A stretch of DNA of 64,000 nt from Chitinivibrionales bacterium (GTDB lineage: Bacteria; Fibrobacterota; Chitinivibrionia; Chitinivibrionales; WJKA01), in NCBI GenBank assembly GCA_038247415.1, contig JBBRUX010000012.1, forward strand, positions 1 to 64,000, read 5' to 3'. Below the pieces are notes generated by a model. It searched no databases. It had not been told where the DNA came from and saw only the letters and a list, made by a program, of their open reading frames with translations. This document shows positions 49,880 through 61,406 of the stretch, piece by piece. Numbering within the stretch: position 1 is the stretch's first letter; each line of letters opens with the position of its first letter. Position numbers and translations under genes: made by a program.

Positions 49880-51000
49880 CTAATTTCTTCGAGACGAAAT
49901 AAGTGTTTTGGTTATACGGCCATTGTGCGAGGTGATTACTATTCCTGATGTGTAAATTTTATTGTTAGGGCATTTTTTGCCAGCTAATGAATAAACTACT
50001 CTATTTTTAAGACCCGTTGTGAGGTCCTTAGAACCTAGATTCTTTAATTCTTGAGAGGATCTAAACTGAAACGTCTGTATTGCAGATGTTGGGTTGTATT
50101 CATACGCGCCGATGTCAATTTGCTTCCCTTGTGGCCGTGCAATGCTTTCGAGGTCTAGTGATGGTGCTACATCTGCTGAGCCAGAATCGATTGCTGGGGA
50201 GGATGATTTTAGATGGAAGTTACTTTTGGTATAATCGACAAAAAAAGCTTTATACGCTGAGTCAGAATTCTTTATTTGTATATTATGGTCGCTTGTGCTG
50301 CCGGTAAGGTTGAAGGCCGTTGCAAGGTTATTACGAATTATGCAGCCTCTGCTTGGAGTTCCATTTTTATGAGCAAAGACGCCTATCCAAGGCGGGCCAG
50401 GGGTGGTGAAGTTTTCATCGAGTACTGTGTTGTTAAGAATTCGACAATCGATAGCGCCGTACAGCGAAATGCCATGCCATGTATCTGTAAATACGACATT
50501 GTTTTCTATGAGCCAATCTTTACAAAAGCCGTCGAAACAGCCGATGCCCTGAACATGCCCCCGCAGAGGTTGGGCGGAATCGAGGTACGATATAATTGTA
50601 TTTCCTCGAATAATCATGCCTCTCACGGTATCTGTTCCAACACCGCTCGGGCCAACAGACCACGATTGAAACCCATCATCATGATTGACATTGACAGCAT
50701 AGCATCCCGATATGAAATTATATTGAAAAACATCGTAGTCTCCAAGGCCCCGCAATCCGTCGCCTGCAAAATTTTCTACTTTACAATATTCTACAAGGCA
50801 TGAGTCTCCTGTAACAGAAATTGCAAAATCTACATTTTTGAAATGACAGCGACGCGCAATTTGCTTGTTCCCACTCAGAGAAATGCCATTTGAAGTTAGG
50901 GTGTTCCATGCCAAGCTATCCCATGGAGCGCTGTTTTCTATACAAAATGCGTAACAATCCTCTGCGATACAATCGTAGCTCAATGATGAAAAATTGATCA
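49880..51000 (-). pseudogene. N-terminally truncated right-handed beta-helix protein (choice-of-anchor-Q-like) with C-terminal sorting domain
   Basis: NFAGDGLRGLG, NHDDGFQSWS, WHGISLYGA, SPAIDSG, DIGAYEY; no signal peptide, begins mid-domain. Confidence 0.7.
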
Positions 51001-51004
51001 TGAC

Positions 51005-51252
51005 GCGTGCGTCAAATGTTGCGGGTGGTTCGGGTGGCGAAACTACAAACGGCATCACAGCATGTATCGTGGATACGAACGGAGTGCCTGTTAAGGGGGC
51101 AGTTGTTCGCTTGCGCCGTAGCGACTATGTTACACGGCCCCCATCACTTGGCAAGTCGTCAACCTATGGGGCTGACATCCTGACGGATTCCCTGGGACGG
51201 TTTGCGCTCTATGATATCGATATGGGCCACTATCGTTTGGAAGTCACGGCAA
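51005..51252 (+). pseudogene. Fragment of lipoprotein with carboxypeptidase-regulatory-like domain
   Basis: VAGGSGGETTNG...G.PVKGAVVRLR...TDSLGRF......G.YRLEV; both ends missing. Confidence 0.65.
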
Positions 51253-52290
51253 AGCCGGGGGCATTGATGATCAGATTGACATCACGGATCCTGCGGATGA
51301 GATCCGGGTACAGCGCAAAGCTCTCTCTCAATCGTGGATTGCATGGACATACGAAAACCAGAAGCCGGGCTCGAAGCTTTTTGTCGTCAGGAAAACTGTG
51401 GGATATTGATCTGAATCGTGCATCGAACACCATGTATGAAGGGGCTACCAGGCATGAAATCATGGATCTCGATATCGGCGCCGGTCCCTACCGCAAGAGC
51501 GCAGACGCCCGGGATTCCAGTGCTTGTTGACGTAGAGAATCAGGAGATGATCTGCGGCCAGACGGGGCAGAGCTGATGTTCGCTCATTCAGGCCGGCAGC
51601 GTGAGTATTTACCGATACGAGAAGAGCGACATTCTCGTCCAGTTGAAGAACAACGGCTACGTTGACGGCTTCTTCATTGCCGAAGCACCCGGCAACCTTC
51701 AAACGTGCAATGCGCTTTTGGCCTACTATCAAACGGGGGCGCATCCTGATGGTCTGCAAAGGTTTGTACGTCGTTGGGCCTTTAGGCAGCACATCGCAAT
51801 CAGTCGCTATCGATCCGATGCTTATTTGGAAAGCGGTTAATGTTCGAAAGCACTATGGATGATGAGACGCTTGGTATCACGAGATCATCCAGGCAACAGT
51901 TGCTTTCGAGGAGCCTTTTTCGCAGGGTGTTGCATAACCGTGTAACACTGTCGCAAACAAAACCACTCAAAGAGAAGGAATTTCTGCTATCTTATCTGCA
52001 GGTTACCAGACGTGAATTTCGGCGTCCCTTGGGGAGAACAGCATACCCTTGAATCGGTTGATTTGCTGCTTGCGGGGTTGGCCGTTGCATCAACCGGCGC
52101 CGGATCATCACAACCGGAGTTCGGGCTTCGGCATTGGCAGGCGTCTGATCCTGGGGATTCTCGCAGATAAGGTCACCGCGGATCGAACGACCCAGACATC
52201 GCGGTAGGGACTCGCGGCTTTTGCAGTTTAGACAGCGCAATCGTATCTTTGTGAAGCAAGTCAATTTATCCAATTCCTGAGGAGGGGACC

Positions 52291-53418
52291 ATGTTTTTTC
52301 GAATTATATTAGTTTTGTCAGTAGTATTGGCGCTTACTATAGTGAGTGAGGCTAATCAGACCATCATAGCGTATGGTGACAGCAGGACAAATGCATCTCA
52401 GCATCTGCAGGTACTGACAGCATTTGCAAAAATGAATCCCAATCTGGTACTGCATACGGGGGATTTGTGGGATGGGTATCCGCAGGCTATCTGGCAAGAG
52501 CACATTACCAGAAACCCGGTTACAAAGAAACTTAATGATGATTCGCTATACCTCATTGCGCGGGGAAATCATGAGACCGAAGCTGCTGTTCTGGCGCTAA
52601 GGCCGGCCATGGTGAGAAATAACAGCATCAAATACTCTTTCGTGAGGGACAATTGTTTCTTCCTTTGCCTGGGGTATGAGCCCTCATCTTCCAACCTTAC
52701 CTACGCACGCCAGCAACTCACTTCCACGGCAGCAAAAACGGCGGATTGGCGGATCGTCTTTTTTCACGTCCCCATCTACAGCAGCGGAGAACACGGCGGA
52801 AGTCAGAACTCAACCTTCATCGGACTGTGTGATAGCTTTAAAGTCAACGCTGTCTTCAGCGGCCACGATCACATCTACGAGCGTAGCTATCTTATGTATA
52901 AGAATCTTCCTCGATCAACTTCCAAGACTATCACCGACAGCCTTGGCACCTTATACATCGTCATCGGTGTTGGCGGAGCGCCGTTTTATACGGTAACAGG
53001 CGGAACGTGGACAGGATTCAAGTTGGCAAACACGCTTGCCTTTTGTGCCATCAAGACAACGCCGACATCATTGAGAATCGAGACGCGGAAGACTGATACG
53101 ACCTTGATCGAAGCAATTACCTGGACCAAGCCCTCAACAGGAGTCGCGCCCCGAGTAGCCCAGGAAGTTTCGCAGACTGCGGGTATGACAGCGCAATTTT
53201 CTGCTTCATCAAAAATGGTCACGCTCTCAAACGTTCCGTTCACTGGCAATCTGATAGTTGAGATTTATGCGCTCGATGGCAAGAAGGTGTCAACCAGCGC
53301 GATTACTGCGACCGGCTTATCGGCGCAGGTGTCGATCGGCAATGTAGCCTCGGGAGCGCATGCGGTATGCGTGCGTAAAGGAGAAGCCTGGCTGTGGACG
53401 CCTCTGGTGGTGAAGTAG
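52291..53418 (+). CDS. Secreted metallophosphoesterase (purple acid phosphatase-like) with sorting domain
   Basis: YGDSR, HTGDL, GNHE, FHVP, SGHDHIYER; GAGGAGG RBS. Confidence 0.9.
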   Translation: MFFRIILVLSVVLALTIVSEANQTIIAYGDSRTNASQHLQVLTAFAKMNPNLVLHTGDLWDGYPQAIWQEHITRNPVTKKLNDDSLYLIARGNHETEAAVLALRPAMVRNNSIKYSFVRDNCFFLCLGYEPSSSNLTYARQQLTSTAAKTADWRIVFFHVPIYSSGEHGGSQNSTFIGLCDSFKVNAVFSGHDHIYERSYLMYKNLPRSTSKTITDSLGTLYIVIGVGGAPFYTVTGGTWTGFKLANTLAFCAIKTTPTSLRIETRKTDTTLIEAITWTKPSTGVAPRVAQEVSQTAGMTAQFSASSKMVTLSNVPFTGNLIVEIYALDGKKVSTSAITATGLSAQVSIGNVASGAHAVCVRKGEAWLWTPLVVK

Positions 53419-53463
53419 TGTGTAGGCGGTTTTGAAATGTGTCATTAAAGCGAAGGAGTAATT

Positions 53464-53958
53464 GTGCTTATAAAACAAGTATCGAAAAGAGCGACGTTCA
53501 TTCCGAACGTTTTGATGGTGCGACTGGAAGGGTCAAAGCTCTTCCTCGAATACAATGGAACCAGTGGGGCTGTACTGACAAACTCATATCAGCTAGGCAC
53601 GATTTTCACTATAAAGTTCGAGGCATCTAGCGGCCATGTCAAGACCTACTTCAATGATGCTTCGATCCCGGCCGATGATTTTGCTGCAAACGAAACCGGG
53701 TGTTACTTCAAAGCCGGGTGCTACACGCAGTCGAATGTCTCCAAGGGCGATATCGCGACGGCGTATGGCGAAGTGGTGATTTACGATGTTCGTGTGACGC
53801 ATCAGGCTTCAGCAGGACTTAGCGAAAAAACTCTACCGGTTCCGGTGTCCCACTCTTTGTCAATACCTAACGGTCGAAGTGGGTATACCGCATCGGGTCG
53901 GAGAGTTCCGCGTATGTCAGCGCAGTACCTTCATGCGCTAGGACATATTCTTCCATGA
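53464..53958 (+). pseudogene. C-terminal fragment of a PL7 (alginate lyase-type) polysaccharide lyase
   Basis: VLMVRLEG and YFKAGCYTQSN present; N-terminal QIH region and signal peptide absent. Confidence 0.7.
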
Positions 53959-54635
53959 TTCCTTGGAAATTACTCGACTCAGTACAGGTGCCAGGTGGCA
54001 GCGGGAAACTCGATCTTTACAAACGTGACGACGAGTACTCCATTCGCGTGGATGGTCGGGAGCTCATGAACAGTCGCATGTGTGGATCCGAAGAAGCCCT
54101 GGCGAAGCTCGCCTGTGAGCGAATGAAAAAACGTCCAGATCCACGGGTTTTGATTGGGGGTTTGGGCATGGGCATGACCTTAGCTGCTGCACTGGGGCAG
54201 CTTGGTTCGCGCGCGCGGGTCGACGTAGCCGAACTAGTGCCTGCGGTGGTTTCATGGAATCGGAGTCATTTGGCTCTTTTGAGTCGGAACGCGCTTAACG
54301 ATCCTCGGGTGTCGGTCCATGTTGTTGACGTTATGCTCATGCTGGGAAATGCATCGGGGATCTTTGACGCGATAATACTAGACGTAGACAATGGCCCTCA
54401 CAGTCTTACGAGTAACGCAAATGACAAGCTCTATTCTCTTGCTGGACTCTCTGCCTCTTTTAAAGCTCTGCGGTCAGGAGGCGTTTTGGTAATCTGGTCG
54501 GCGGAGCCCAATAAGGCATTTGCGCAGCGGCTGAGACACATCGGTTTTGACGTGGAAGAGGTCTGCGCCCGGGCCCGAACTGGCAGTAGGCGAGGGGGCC
54601 GGCATACGATTTGGGTGGCGGCACGGAGGTCGTGA
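53955..54635 (+). CDS. Spermidine synthase-like SAM-binding protein
   Basis: ELMNSR..GSEEALA, VLIGGLGMG.TL, FDAIILDVDNGP. Confidence 0.88.
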   Translation: MIPWKLLDSVQVPGGSGKLDLYKRDDEYSIRVDGRELMNSRMCGSEEALAKLACERMKKRPDPRVLIGGLGMGMTLAAALGQLGSRARVDVAELVPAVVSWNRSHLALLSRNALNDPRVSVHVVDVMLMLGNASGIFDAIILDVDNGPHSLTSNANDKLYSLAGLSASFKALRSGGVLVIWSAEPNKAFAQRLRHIGFDVEEVCARARTGSRRGGRHTIWVAARRS

Positions 54636-55270
54636 TAGAAACCCTCTATGCGCCCCAATGTCAAGGGTCAATAGAAGATACCTGACCAATAAGAAATAGT
54701 GCGCGGTTGGGGATCGATGCTTTTGAGAAATGCATTTTGAGTGCTCGATGAAAATGCAAGTTTAGTAACTGGCAGGGTGCTGAAATGATTGTCCAGAATG
54801 CTGCAGAAGGGATACGTTGTTTCCGATAGCGCATTGTTAAGCGCTATCCAACCGCCCTTGTCAAAAATACTATCCTTGCGATACAAGATGACATCTGAGG
54901 CAAAAAGAGCGTTGCTTATCAATTGTATAGGCAGCTATAATCGACGGCGGCAAAAAGGAAGGCGTCTAAGGGCCGGGGTATCTTCTGCGTACCTGAAAGG
55001 ATCCGATCTAACAACGGGTTTGTATCTCCTCACAGCAGATAATTGGATTCGATTGGGGGCGAATCAACTACGTATTACTCGGTGACAATGCTAATCTGCT
55101 TTTTGTGTTGATTTAGTGCTCAATACCTGCTATTTTAAAAAGTTCCGAGACTGGAAAAGCCCGTTGGCCATGGCGGCACGGCAAAAAAAGTGCAAATGTA
55201 AATATTATTCTTTTACAAGCTAGCCCATTCCAATAAATTCAAGTAACTTTTATATGTCAATAGTATTCGC

Positions 55271-55996
55271 ATGAACGCAACAATTTCTCAACGACTTATT
55301 TTTTGGAGCCGCAATCTTCGCTATCGTCGAATATTCGATGTGTTACGTCGCGTCTGCACGGGGTCGGTCTTGGATATTGGCGGTGGATTCTTTTTTGAAG
55401 CGAGTATACGTAAACAGAATTTTCAATTCGACCACTGGATCATTCTCGAGCCCAATGCCACGCAAGCGGAAACCGTTGGCGCGCAGACGGTGATTGCCGA
55501 TGGATGCACGCTTCCGTTTGAATCAAATAGCTTCGATACAATTCTTTGCATTCATGTACTCGAACATGTCTTTGAGCCAAATAAACTTATTGCAGAAATT
55601 AGTCGTGTGTTAAAGCCGGGAGCACAGGCGGTTATTGTGTTTCCGCAAACAGCTGGCCTTCATTCGATTCCTCAAATCTATTACAACTTTACTCCCTACT
55701 GGATAGAAAAGGCATTACAAACAACTGGGTTGACTATTGAGCATTATGCTGGACTTGGTGGCGTTTGGTCATCGGTTGCATCGGATATGGCATACTTCTT
55801 TTTTAAGATTTTTAATCTACCCGGATACTCCGAAACACGTTTTCAATCCAAACGCCCATTTCTTTTTTATCCGTTGCTACCGGTAATGATTCTTGCAGCA
55901 ATAGTGCTCCTGCCATTGGGGTTAATTTTGAGCTTGGGGGATTTGCGCGAAGAAGCCAATAATCATATTGTCGTAGCTGTCAAGCCACGATCCTAA
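55271..55996 (+). CDS. Class I SAM-dependent methyltransferase
   Basis: VLDIGGG, LPFESNSFD, VLEHV, RVLKPG. Confidence 0.88.
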   Translation: MNATISQRLIFWSRNLRYRRIFDVLRRVCTGSVLDIGGGFFFEASIRKQNFQFDHWIILEPNATQAETVGAQTVIADGCTLPFESNSFDTILCIHVLEHVFEPNKLIAEISRVLKPGAQAVIVFPQTAGLHSIPQIYYNFTPYWIEKALQTTGLTIEHYAGLGGVWSSVASDMAYFFFKIFNLPGYSETRFQSKRPFLFYPLLPVMILAAIVLLPLGLILSLGDLREEANNHIVVAVKPRS

Positions 55997-56073
55997 TACT
56001 CCAGCGCACAACAGCCATCAACCCGTGGTCGATCGTTTTGCACGCGCCAGGCGGCGTTACTATGAAGCTCTAC

Positions 56074-56979
56074 CTACGTTCGTAAAGAAGCCAACGTACT
56101 AAACAAATCAATCTCTTGTGCGCTGAGATGGTCGGGAATTTGTATGTCGAGTTTTACAAATACGTCGCCGAAATCATTTTTTTGCCCAAAGAGAGGCATT
56201 CCTTGTCCGTGAAGACGTAGCTCCGTACCGTTTTGAGTTTCTTTGGGGATTGTTACTTTTACTGCACCTTTAAGTGTTTTGACCAACGCTTTGCCACCAA
56301 GAACTGCGGTGTATAGTTTTACTTGACAGGAACAAAAAAGATCGTTGCCTTTACGATGAAATTCCTGGTGGGGTGCAATTTTAATGGTAAGATAAAGATC
56401 CCCATTTGAACCATTATTGTACCCGGGCATTCCTTTTCCTACAATTCGCAAAACGTGAAGGTGCGCAATACCTGGTGGGATTGTTACCCTAATTTTCTGC
56501 CCTTCGAGTTGAATGGTGCGCGTCGTACCGTGATATGCTTCGTCTAGCGTTAGTGTTGTTTCGGTTTTGAGATCTTCTCCTGAAATAGCGGGGCTTTTCC
56601 GCTGTCTGGGTCCGCCCTGACGCCCGAAAAGAAACTCAAAAATGTCTGACTCATCGCCGTCAAACTGTGTCCCGAAATCCCGGTCATTTTGAGATTGCGC
56701 TGGCCTGTACTTATTCCAGTCGAACCCCTGTTGCTGCGGGCCTCTTTCTTCGTACTGTTTGTATTCTGCTCCAAAGGTATCATATTTTTTTCTTTTGTCG
56801 GGATCGCTTAAAACCTGGTTTGCATCGTTAAGATCGTTGAATGTTTCAGCAGCAGCCTTATTGCCCTTGTTTTTGTCGGGATGAAATTTGAGTGCAAGTT
56901 TCCGATAGGCCTTTTTAATTTCGGCCGTTGTTGCCGTTTTTGGCACTCCTAATATCTGATAATAATCTTTAATATTCAT
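56074..56979 (-). CDS. DnaJ-class II chaperone (CbpA-like)
   Basis: J domain with HPD, no Zn finger, DnaJ C-terminal domains. Confidence 0.92.
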   Translation of the reverse strand: MNIKDYYQILGVPKTATTAEIKKAYRKLALKFHPDKNKGNKAAAETFNDLNDANQVLSDPDKRKKYDTFGAEYKQYEERGPQQQGFDWNKYRPAQSQNDRDFGTQFDGDESDIFEFLFGRQGGPRQRKSPAISGEDLKTETTLTLDEAYHGTTRTIQLEGQKIRVTIPPGIAHLHVLRIVGKGMPGYNNGSNGDLYLTIKIAPHQEFHRKGNDLFCSCQVKLYTAVLGGKALVKTLKGAVKVTIPKETQNGTELRLHGQGMPLFGQKNDFGDVFVKLDIQIPDHLSAQEIDLFSTLASLRT

Positions 56980-57041
56980 GTGCTTTTTTCGTATTGTTGA
57001 GGGGTTTGATTTTTAAAACAAATTCTTAGCAATTTAAATAA

Positions 57042-57644
57042 CTACCTTTGCAGGTTAACGTAGGTTTCCAATGGTTTTCCACTTGAAACAACAACTCGCG
57101 CATGCTGGATTATTTTTCCTTTAAGGGTATAACCATGACCTAGCACTTCTACGATATCTCCTTCGGATAGTGTTTGGTGAGGTATATACATAAGTGCATC
57201 GTGAAGCTGGGGGTCAAATTTCTGACCCACGTCTCCGTACATTTCCAAACCATTTTTTTTTAATAGAGCATTTAACTTTGCAGCGTTCAGTTTCATTCCT
57301 TCAAAAAAGATTTCGCTCGTGCTTTTTGATTTAAAAGCACTTTCGAAATTCTCGCGCACTTCAATAATGTCTTTAATTAAGAGCTCATTTGCTGTCTCAA
57401 TGATACGCTCATATTCGTGAGCAGTTCGTCGCTTGTAATTGTCAAATTCGGCCATAAGACGAAGATATTTATCTTTTGATAAGGTACCTTGTTTCTGGAG
57501 ACTCTCGTTATTTTGAGCTTTTTCACCCAATAATCCCTCTTTGGATTTTTCCAAAGGGCTCATTCCCGTGTGTTCTGAGAGACCAAAAGGAAGCTCTTCA
57601 TCTAAAAATTCGGGGTGCTTGTCTGAACTATGCTTCATGTTCAT
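57042..57644 (-). CDS. grpE: Nucleotide exchange factor GrpE
   Basis: YLRLMAEFDNYKRR, FDPQLHDA, GYTL....I..A.VVV; ATG 57644. Confidence 0.93.
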   Translation of the reverse strand: MNMKHSSDKHPEFLDEELPFGLSEHTGMSPLEKSKEGLLGEKAQNNESLQKQGTLSKDKYLRLMAEFDNYKRRTAHEYERIIETANELLIKDIIEVRENFESAFKSKSTSEIFFEGMKLNAAKLNALLKKNGLEMYGDVGQKFDPQLHDALMYIPHQTLSEGDIVEVLGHGYTLKGKIIQHARVVVSSGKPLETYVNLQR

Positions 57645-57786
57645 AATCCCTTTCGTTCCTTTCTTGAGTGCCAATGGATACTATACTGGTAAGGTTTATG
57701 CTTTTTGGTTTTTAACGCATGCACATGAACTATATTGGCAAGATAAGCCATTGCAGCAGGGCCCCTTATAAAAGGACTAATGCCTT

Positions 57787-58470
57787 ATGGAAAATACAAT
57801 CCGCTTTTTTTTATTCGTCCACCTTATTCTGGCAACAACCATTCTCTATGCGACCGACCGCGATGTCATTAAAGATGTTCCCGATGACGTTTATACTGCT
57901 TTACAAGTATCTGAAGCTGGACTAACTTCCAATGTTTACAATCTTGCAATCAAGGGCCTCCGAAAACTTGAGGCAGAAGGCAAATTACAGAATTTAAATA
58001 TTGTAACCATCGTTGACTATTCGCAATCAAGCAATAAAAAACGGCTCTATGTCATAGATTTGATACACAAAAAACTTTTATTCAATACCTATGTTGCCCA
58101 TGGCCGTAAAACTGGTGAAGAATTTGCCAAAACTTTCTCTAATTGTGATGGCTCCTATCAAAGTAGTTTGGGCTTTTATGTTACCGATCAAACGCTCATA
58201 GGTTCGCATACCGGATTTGCATTAACACTCAATGGCGTTGAAAAGGGCTTTAATGATAATGCTTGCAGACGTGCTATCATTATGCATGCCGCCGATTATG
58301 TCTCCGAAAGTTTCATTAAAAAGAACGGGCGATTAGGAAGAAGTTTGGGCTGCCCTGCGCTTCCTCCTGAATTGAATAAACCGATCATTGAAATCATAAA
58401 GGGCGGAACGTGTTTGTTCCTGTATAATCCGGATCCAATATACATGTGTCAATCAACGCTCCTTAATTAA
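57787..58470 (+). CDS. Murein L,D-transpeptidase catalytic domain protein (YkuD_2)
   Basis: VAHG, FSN...SSLGF, R.IIMH.A.YV, LGRSLGCPA. Confidence 0.9.
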   Translation: MENTIRFFLFVHLILATTILYATDRDVIKDVPDDVYTALQVSEAGLTSNVYNLAIKGLRKLEAEGKLQNLNIVTIVDYSQSSNKKRLYVIDLIHKKLLFNTYVAHGRKTGEEFAKTFSNCDGSYQSSLGFYVTDQTLIGSHTGFALTLNGVEKGFNDNACRRAIIMHAADYVSESFIKKNGRLGRSLGCPALPPELNKPIIEIIKGGTCLFLYNPDPIYMCQSTLLN

Positions 58471-59775
58471 TCCGTACACATCATTTAAAAAGGTGACTGT
58501 TTTCCCATCGATTCGTACGGGCATGTAAATAATGAACGTTGGGATTTTATCGGGTAGCGGTTTGACACTTTGGACTTGATCTTTTTTACCTTCCTTCAAT
58601 TCTTCTATGTCAAGTTTGCCTCGTAGTAATGCATTGGCAAGGTCAAACGGGTTTTCCAATCTGATACAACCATGACTAAGAAACCGGTACTCGTTTGCAA
58701 ATGTTTTTTGATTGCTTGTTCCGTGCAAAAAAATACTAAAAGGGTTCTCTAGGTTGAATTTTACAACACCCAAAGCATTGTCTGAACCCGTAGCTTGACG
58801 GAAATAATAAGGAAAGTCTTTTTCGTTGAAATCGTTCCAATTGAGCCCATCATCATCAACCACAGTACTATTGGCATCAACTACATCAAAGTTGTTTTGT
58901 TCGAGGTAGTTTTCGTTTTTTTGGATTTTGGGCAAAATTTCCTTGATTGCAATATCGCGGGGCACATTCCAATAGGGAAATGTTGTTATGCTCGGTATGT
59001 ATGATGCGATTGTTGGTGTTTGAGTTGTTTTTTTACCCACTACCGTACGCATTTTTAAAGCAAGCGCATTGTTCTTGAAATACCATGCCTCGGCTTCCGG
59101 AATATTTATCAAAACAAATTCCGAAGTGTGATTGAGACTGAGATATCGTCGGTAATTCATTGCTACAATAATGATTGCGCGCTTTACTGTATCGGTTATT
59201 GTAAGGGAATCTTTCAAAAACTTTTTGTAAATAGTATAATCGTGATCTTTGCAATCCAGCGACGAAATACTAGTAGAAACAGAATTCATGAACCCTGGTT
59301 TGAGCAATTGTGAAATGTACAGCGAGTCGCGATTAATGGAAATTTGATCATGATCGAAACGAGTACTGCCTTGCTGCAAACTCTTTATGAAATGCAGAAT
59401 AACATCAGTGATAAGCGTATCAGTTTTTGCTTTCGAAGCGGCATCAATGGGGGGTTTCTGCGATAATAAAGCATGTATTTGGTCGATTTGGCCATGGTTT
59501 ATAAGTACCCCTAAATTCTCCGATTCCTCAATAGCTTTAAGCCATTGGTTTGCTCGATCTATGCTTTTTCCTGACCAAAAATAATTTTTAGCCATCGAAA
59601 ACCAGTTTACATTCGATTGAAACCAATACAGAGGCTGATGAATTGTAGTATAAAACTTCTCCACCAAGAAATCCGTTTTTACGATTGTATCTTGAGCGAA
59701 AATCGCGCTTATACAACAACTGATAATTAAAGCTGCTCGGTGTATCGATTTAATAGTAATACCTTTGTTAGCCAA
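58453..59775 (-). CDS. L,D-transpeptidase (YcbB-like)
   Basis: INIP, VVGK...TP, PYWNVP..I, NALG.VKF, FLHGT, SHGCIRLE. Confidence 0.9.
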   Translation of the reverse strand: MANKGITIKSIHRAALIISCCISAIFAQDTIVKTDFLVEKFYTTIHQPLYWFQSNVNWFSMAKNYFWSGKSIDRANQWLKAIEESENLGVLINHGQIDQIHALLSQKPPIDAASKAKTDTLITDVILHFIKSLQQGSTRFDHDQISINRDSLYISQLLKPGFMNSVSTSISSLDCKDHDYTIYKKFLKDSLTITDTVKRAIIIVAMNYRRYLSLNHTSEFVLINIPEAEAWYFKNNALALKMRTVVGKKTTQTPTIASYIPSITTFPYWNVPRDIAIKEILPKIQKNENYLEQNNFDVVDANSTVVDDDGLNWNDFNEKDFPYYFRQATGSDNALGVVKFNLENPFSIFLHGTSNQKTFANEYRFLSHGCIRLENPFDLANALLRGKLDIEELKEGKKDQVQSVKPLPDKIPTFIIYMPVRIDGKTVTFLNDVYGLIKER

Positions 59776-60011
59776 ACTTAGAATGTCGACTCAATGTGCT
59801 GATTAATAGTAAATTAGCAATAATCAAGCCATGGAGAAAATCGCTGTGGGATTGCAGAAACAACAAATTTGCACGGTAAATCAGAACGATTTCCCAAATA
59901 TGGGGAGTAGTGTATCGTTTACGCGAAATTTTAAGACGGTATACAGGCACAACATTTTTATACTATCGAAATATTATCGAATCAGTCATTTTTGAAAGAT
60001 CACCTAGGATT

Positions 60012-61406
60012 TTACCTACAAAACCACAGGCCGAACTCCGAGAGCGCTGGGCATGATCCGTGCGCAATCACCCGCAGCCTGACCTTCTGCGTCGACACTG
60101 TTTGTGTGCGTTCTATGCGACGCGGGCCAATTGACAATCCGGATGCAATCGTACACCAGGCTTCATTGATTTCGACTGCTACTTCATATTTGTCAATTCT
60201 CTGTCCAAGAGGCAGATGTTCCCGTAATCCCACCATATTGAAGGTGACCGGGTTTGCGAACTCAAAAACAACTTTCCGCGGTTCCGGGCCATCATCTGTT
60301 GCCCAGTACGTTGCTTCATTGCTAGTAATCAAATTTTCGGGTCGGAATTGAGGATCATGCCCACGTGATGGGCCTAAAATCCTGCTGGCGGTAAGTGCGA
60401 TATTTTTTGCAAAGGCCATTTCGCGAAGCTTGCGAAAAAGGGTAAGTTCCCTGATATCGTTCTCACAAATCAATCCGCGCCGGTCTGGCGGAACGTTAAG
60501 CAAGAGTGAAGCGCCACGGCCAACGGATTGTAGGTAGAGCTCGAAAAGCTCGCTCCCCTTTTTCACTTTTGAATCCTCTTCCTCGTGATAAAACCACCCA
60601 GGTCTGATCGAAACATCGCATTCGGCCCCAGCCCAATGGGTTCCCAAGCGTTCGCCGGAATTGAGCAGTTCTGTATCCGCAAGCCCCGGGTAAAAGTTGT
60701 CGCGGTTGTACGTGGCCCAACAGGGCACCCCGGCTATCCCGTTTTCGTTCCCAACCCAGCGGATATCGGGGCCACCATCACTGAAAATCGCCGCATGTGG
60801 TTGCAGTTTTCGCACAAGTTCCCAGGTAGCTTGCCAGTTGTAATATAATCTTTTGTCAATAAGTCGTTCCTCGCGCGCTCCGCCGTAATAGCCCTGCCCG
60901 CCATTTGCCCCATCAAACCAGACCTCAAAGAGTGGCCCATAGTTTTCGAGAAGTTCCCTCAGCTGGTTGCGATAATAGTCGAGGTAGGATGGAGCGCCAT
61001 AATCCGCCCGGTTGCGATCCCAAGGCGAGAGATAAATTCCGAATTTGACTCCTTGACTCTTGCATGCAGCAGACAATTCACCAACAATGTCGCCTGTGCC
61101 ATTTCGGTAGGGACTGTTCTTGATTGAATGCTCGGTATAGCGAGAAGGCCACAAGCAAAACCCGTCATGATGTTTACAGGTAAGAATTAAGCCTTTCATT
61201 CCAACTCCCGATGCAACAGAAACTATCTTTTCTGCATCAAACTGCGTTGGGCTAAAGACGGCTGGGTCTTCATCGCCATAGCCCCACTCTTTTCCTGTAA
61301 AGGTATTGGCGGTGAAATGAAGAAACCCGTAGTATTCGAGGTCGTGCCACTTGAGTTGCACGGGGGAGGGGATCGGGCCGAATGGTAAAGGAATGTGTGG
61401 AGACAT
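60012..61406 (-). CDS. GH29 alpha-L-fucosidase with F5/8-type C domain
   Basis: FLHF..NTF...EWG.G, KHHDGFCLWPS, YLSPWD, WFDGA, RPGWFYH. Confidence 0.93.
   Translation of the reverse strand: MSPHIPLPFGPIPSPVQLKWHDLEYYGFLHFTANTFTGKEWGYGDEDPAVFSPTQFDAEKIVSVASGVGMKGLILTCKHHDGFCLWPSRYTEHSIKNSPYRNGTGDIVGELSAACKSQGVKFGIYLSPWDRNRADYGAPSYLDYYRNQLRELLENYGPLFEVWFDGANGGQGYYGGAREERLIDKRLYYNWQATWELVRKLQPHAAIFSDGGPDIRWVGNENGIAGVPCWATYNRDNFYPGLADTELLNSGERLGTHWAGAECDVSIRPGWFYHEEEDSKVKKGSELFELYLQSVGRGASLLLNVPPDRRGLICENDIRELTLFRKLREMAFAKNIALTASRILGPSRGHDPQFRPENLITSNEATYWATDDGPEPRKVVFEFANPVTFNMVGLREHLPLGQRIDKYEVAVEINEAWCTIASGLSIGPRRIERTQTVSTQKVRLRVIAHGSCPALSEFGLWFCR

Noticed and set aside
51255..52280. Short ORFs (51460, 51601, 51840, 51992)
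   Set aside because: No recognisable family; likely debris, not supportable as genes
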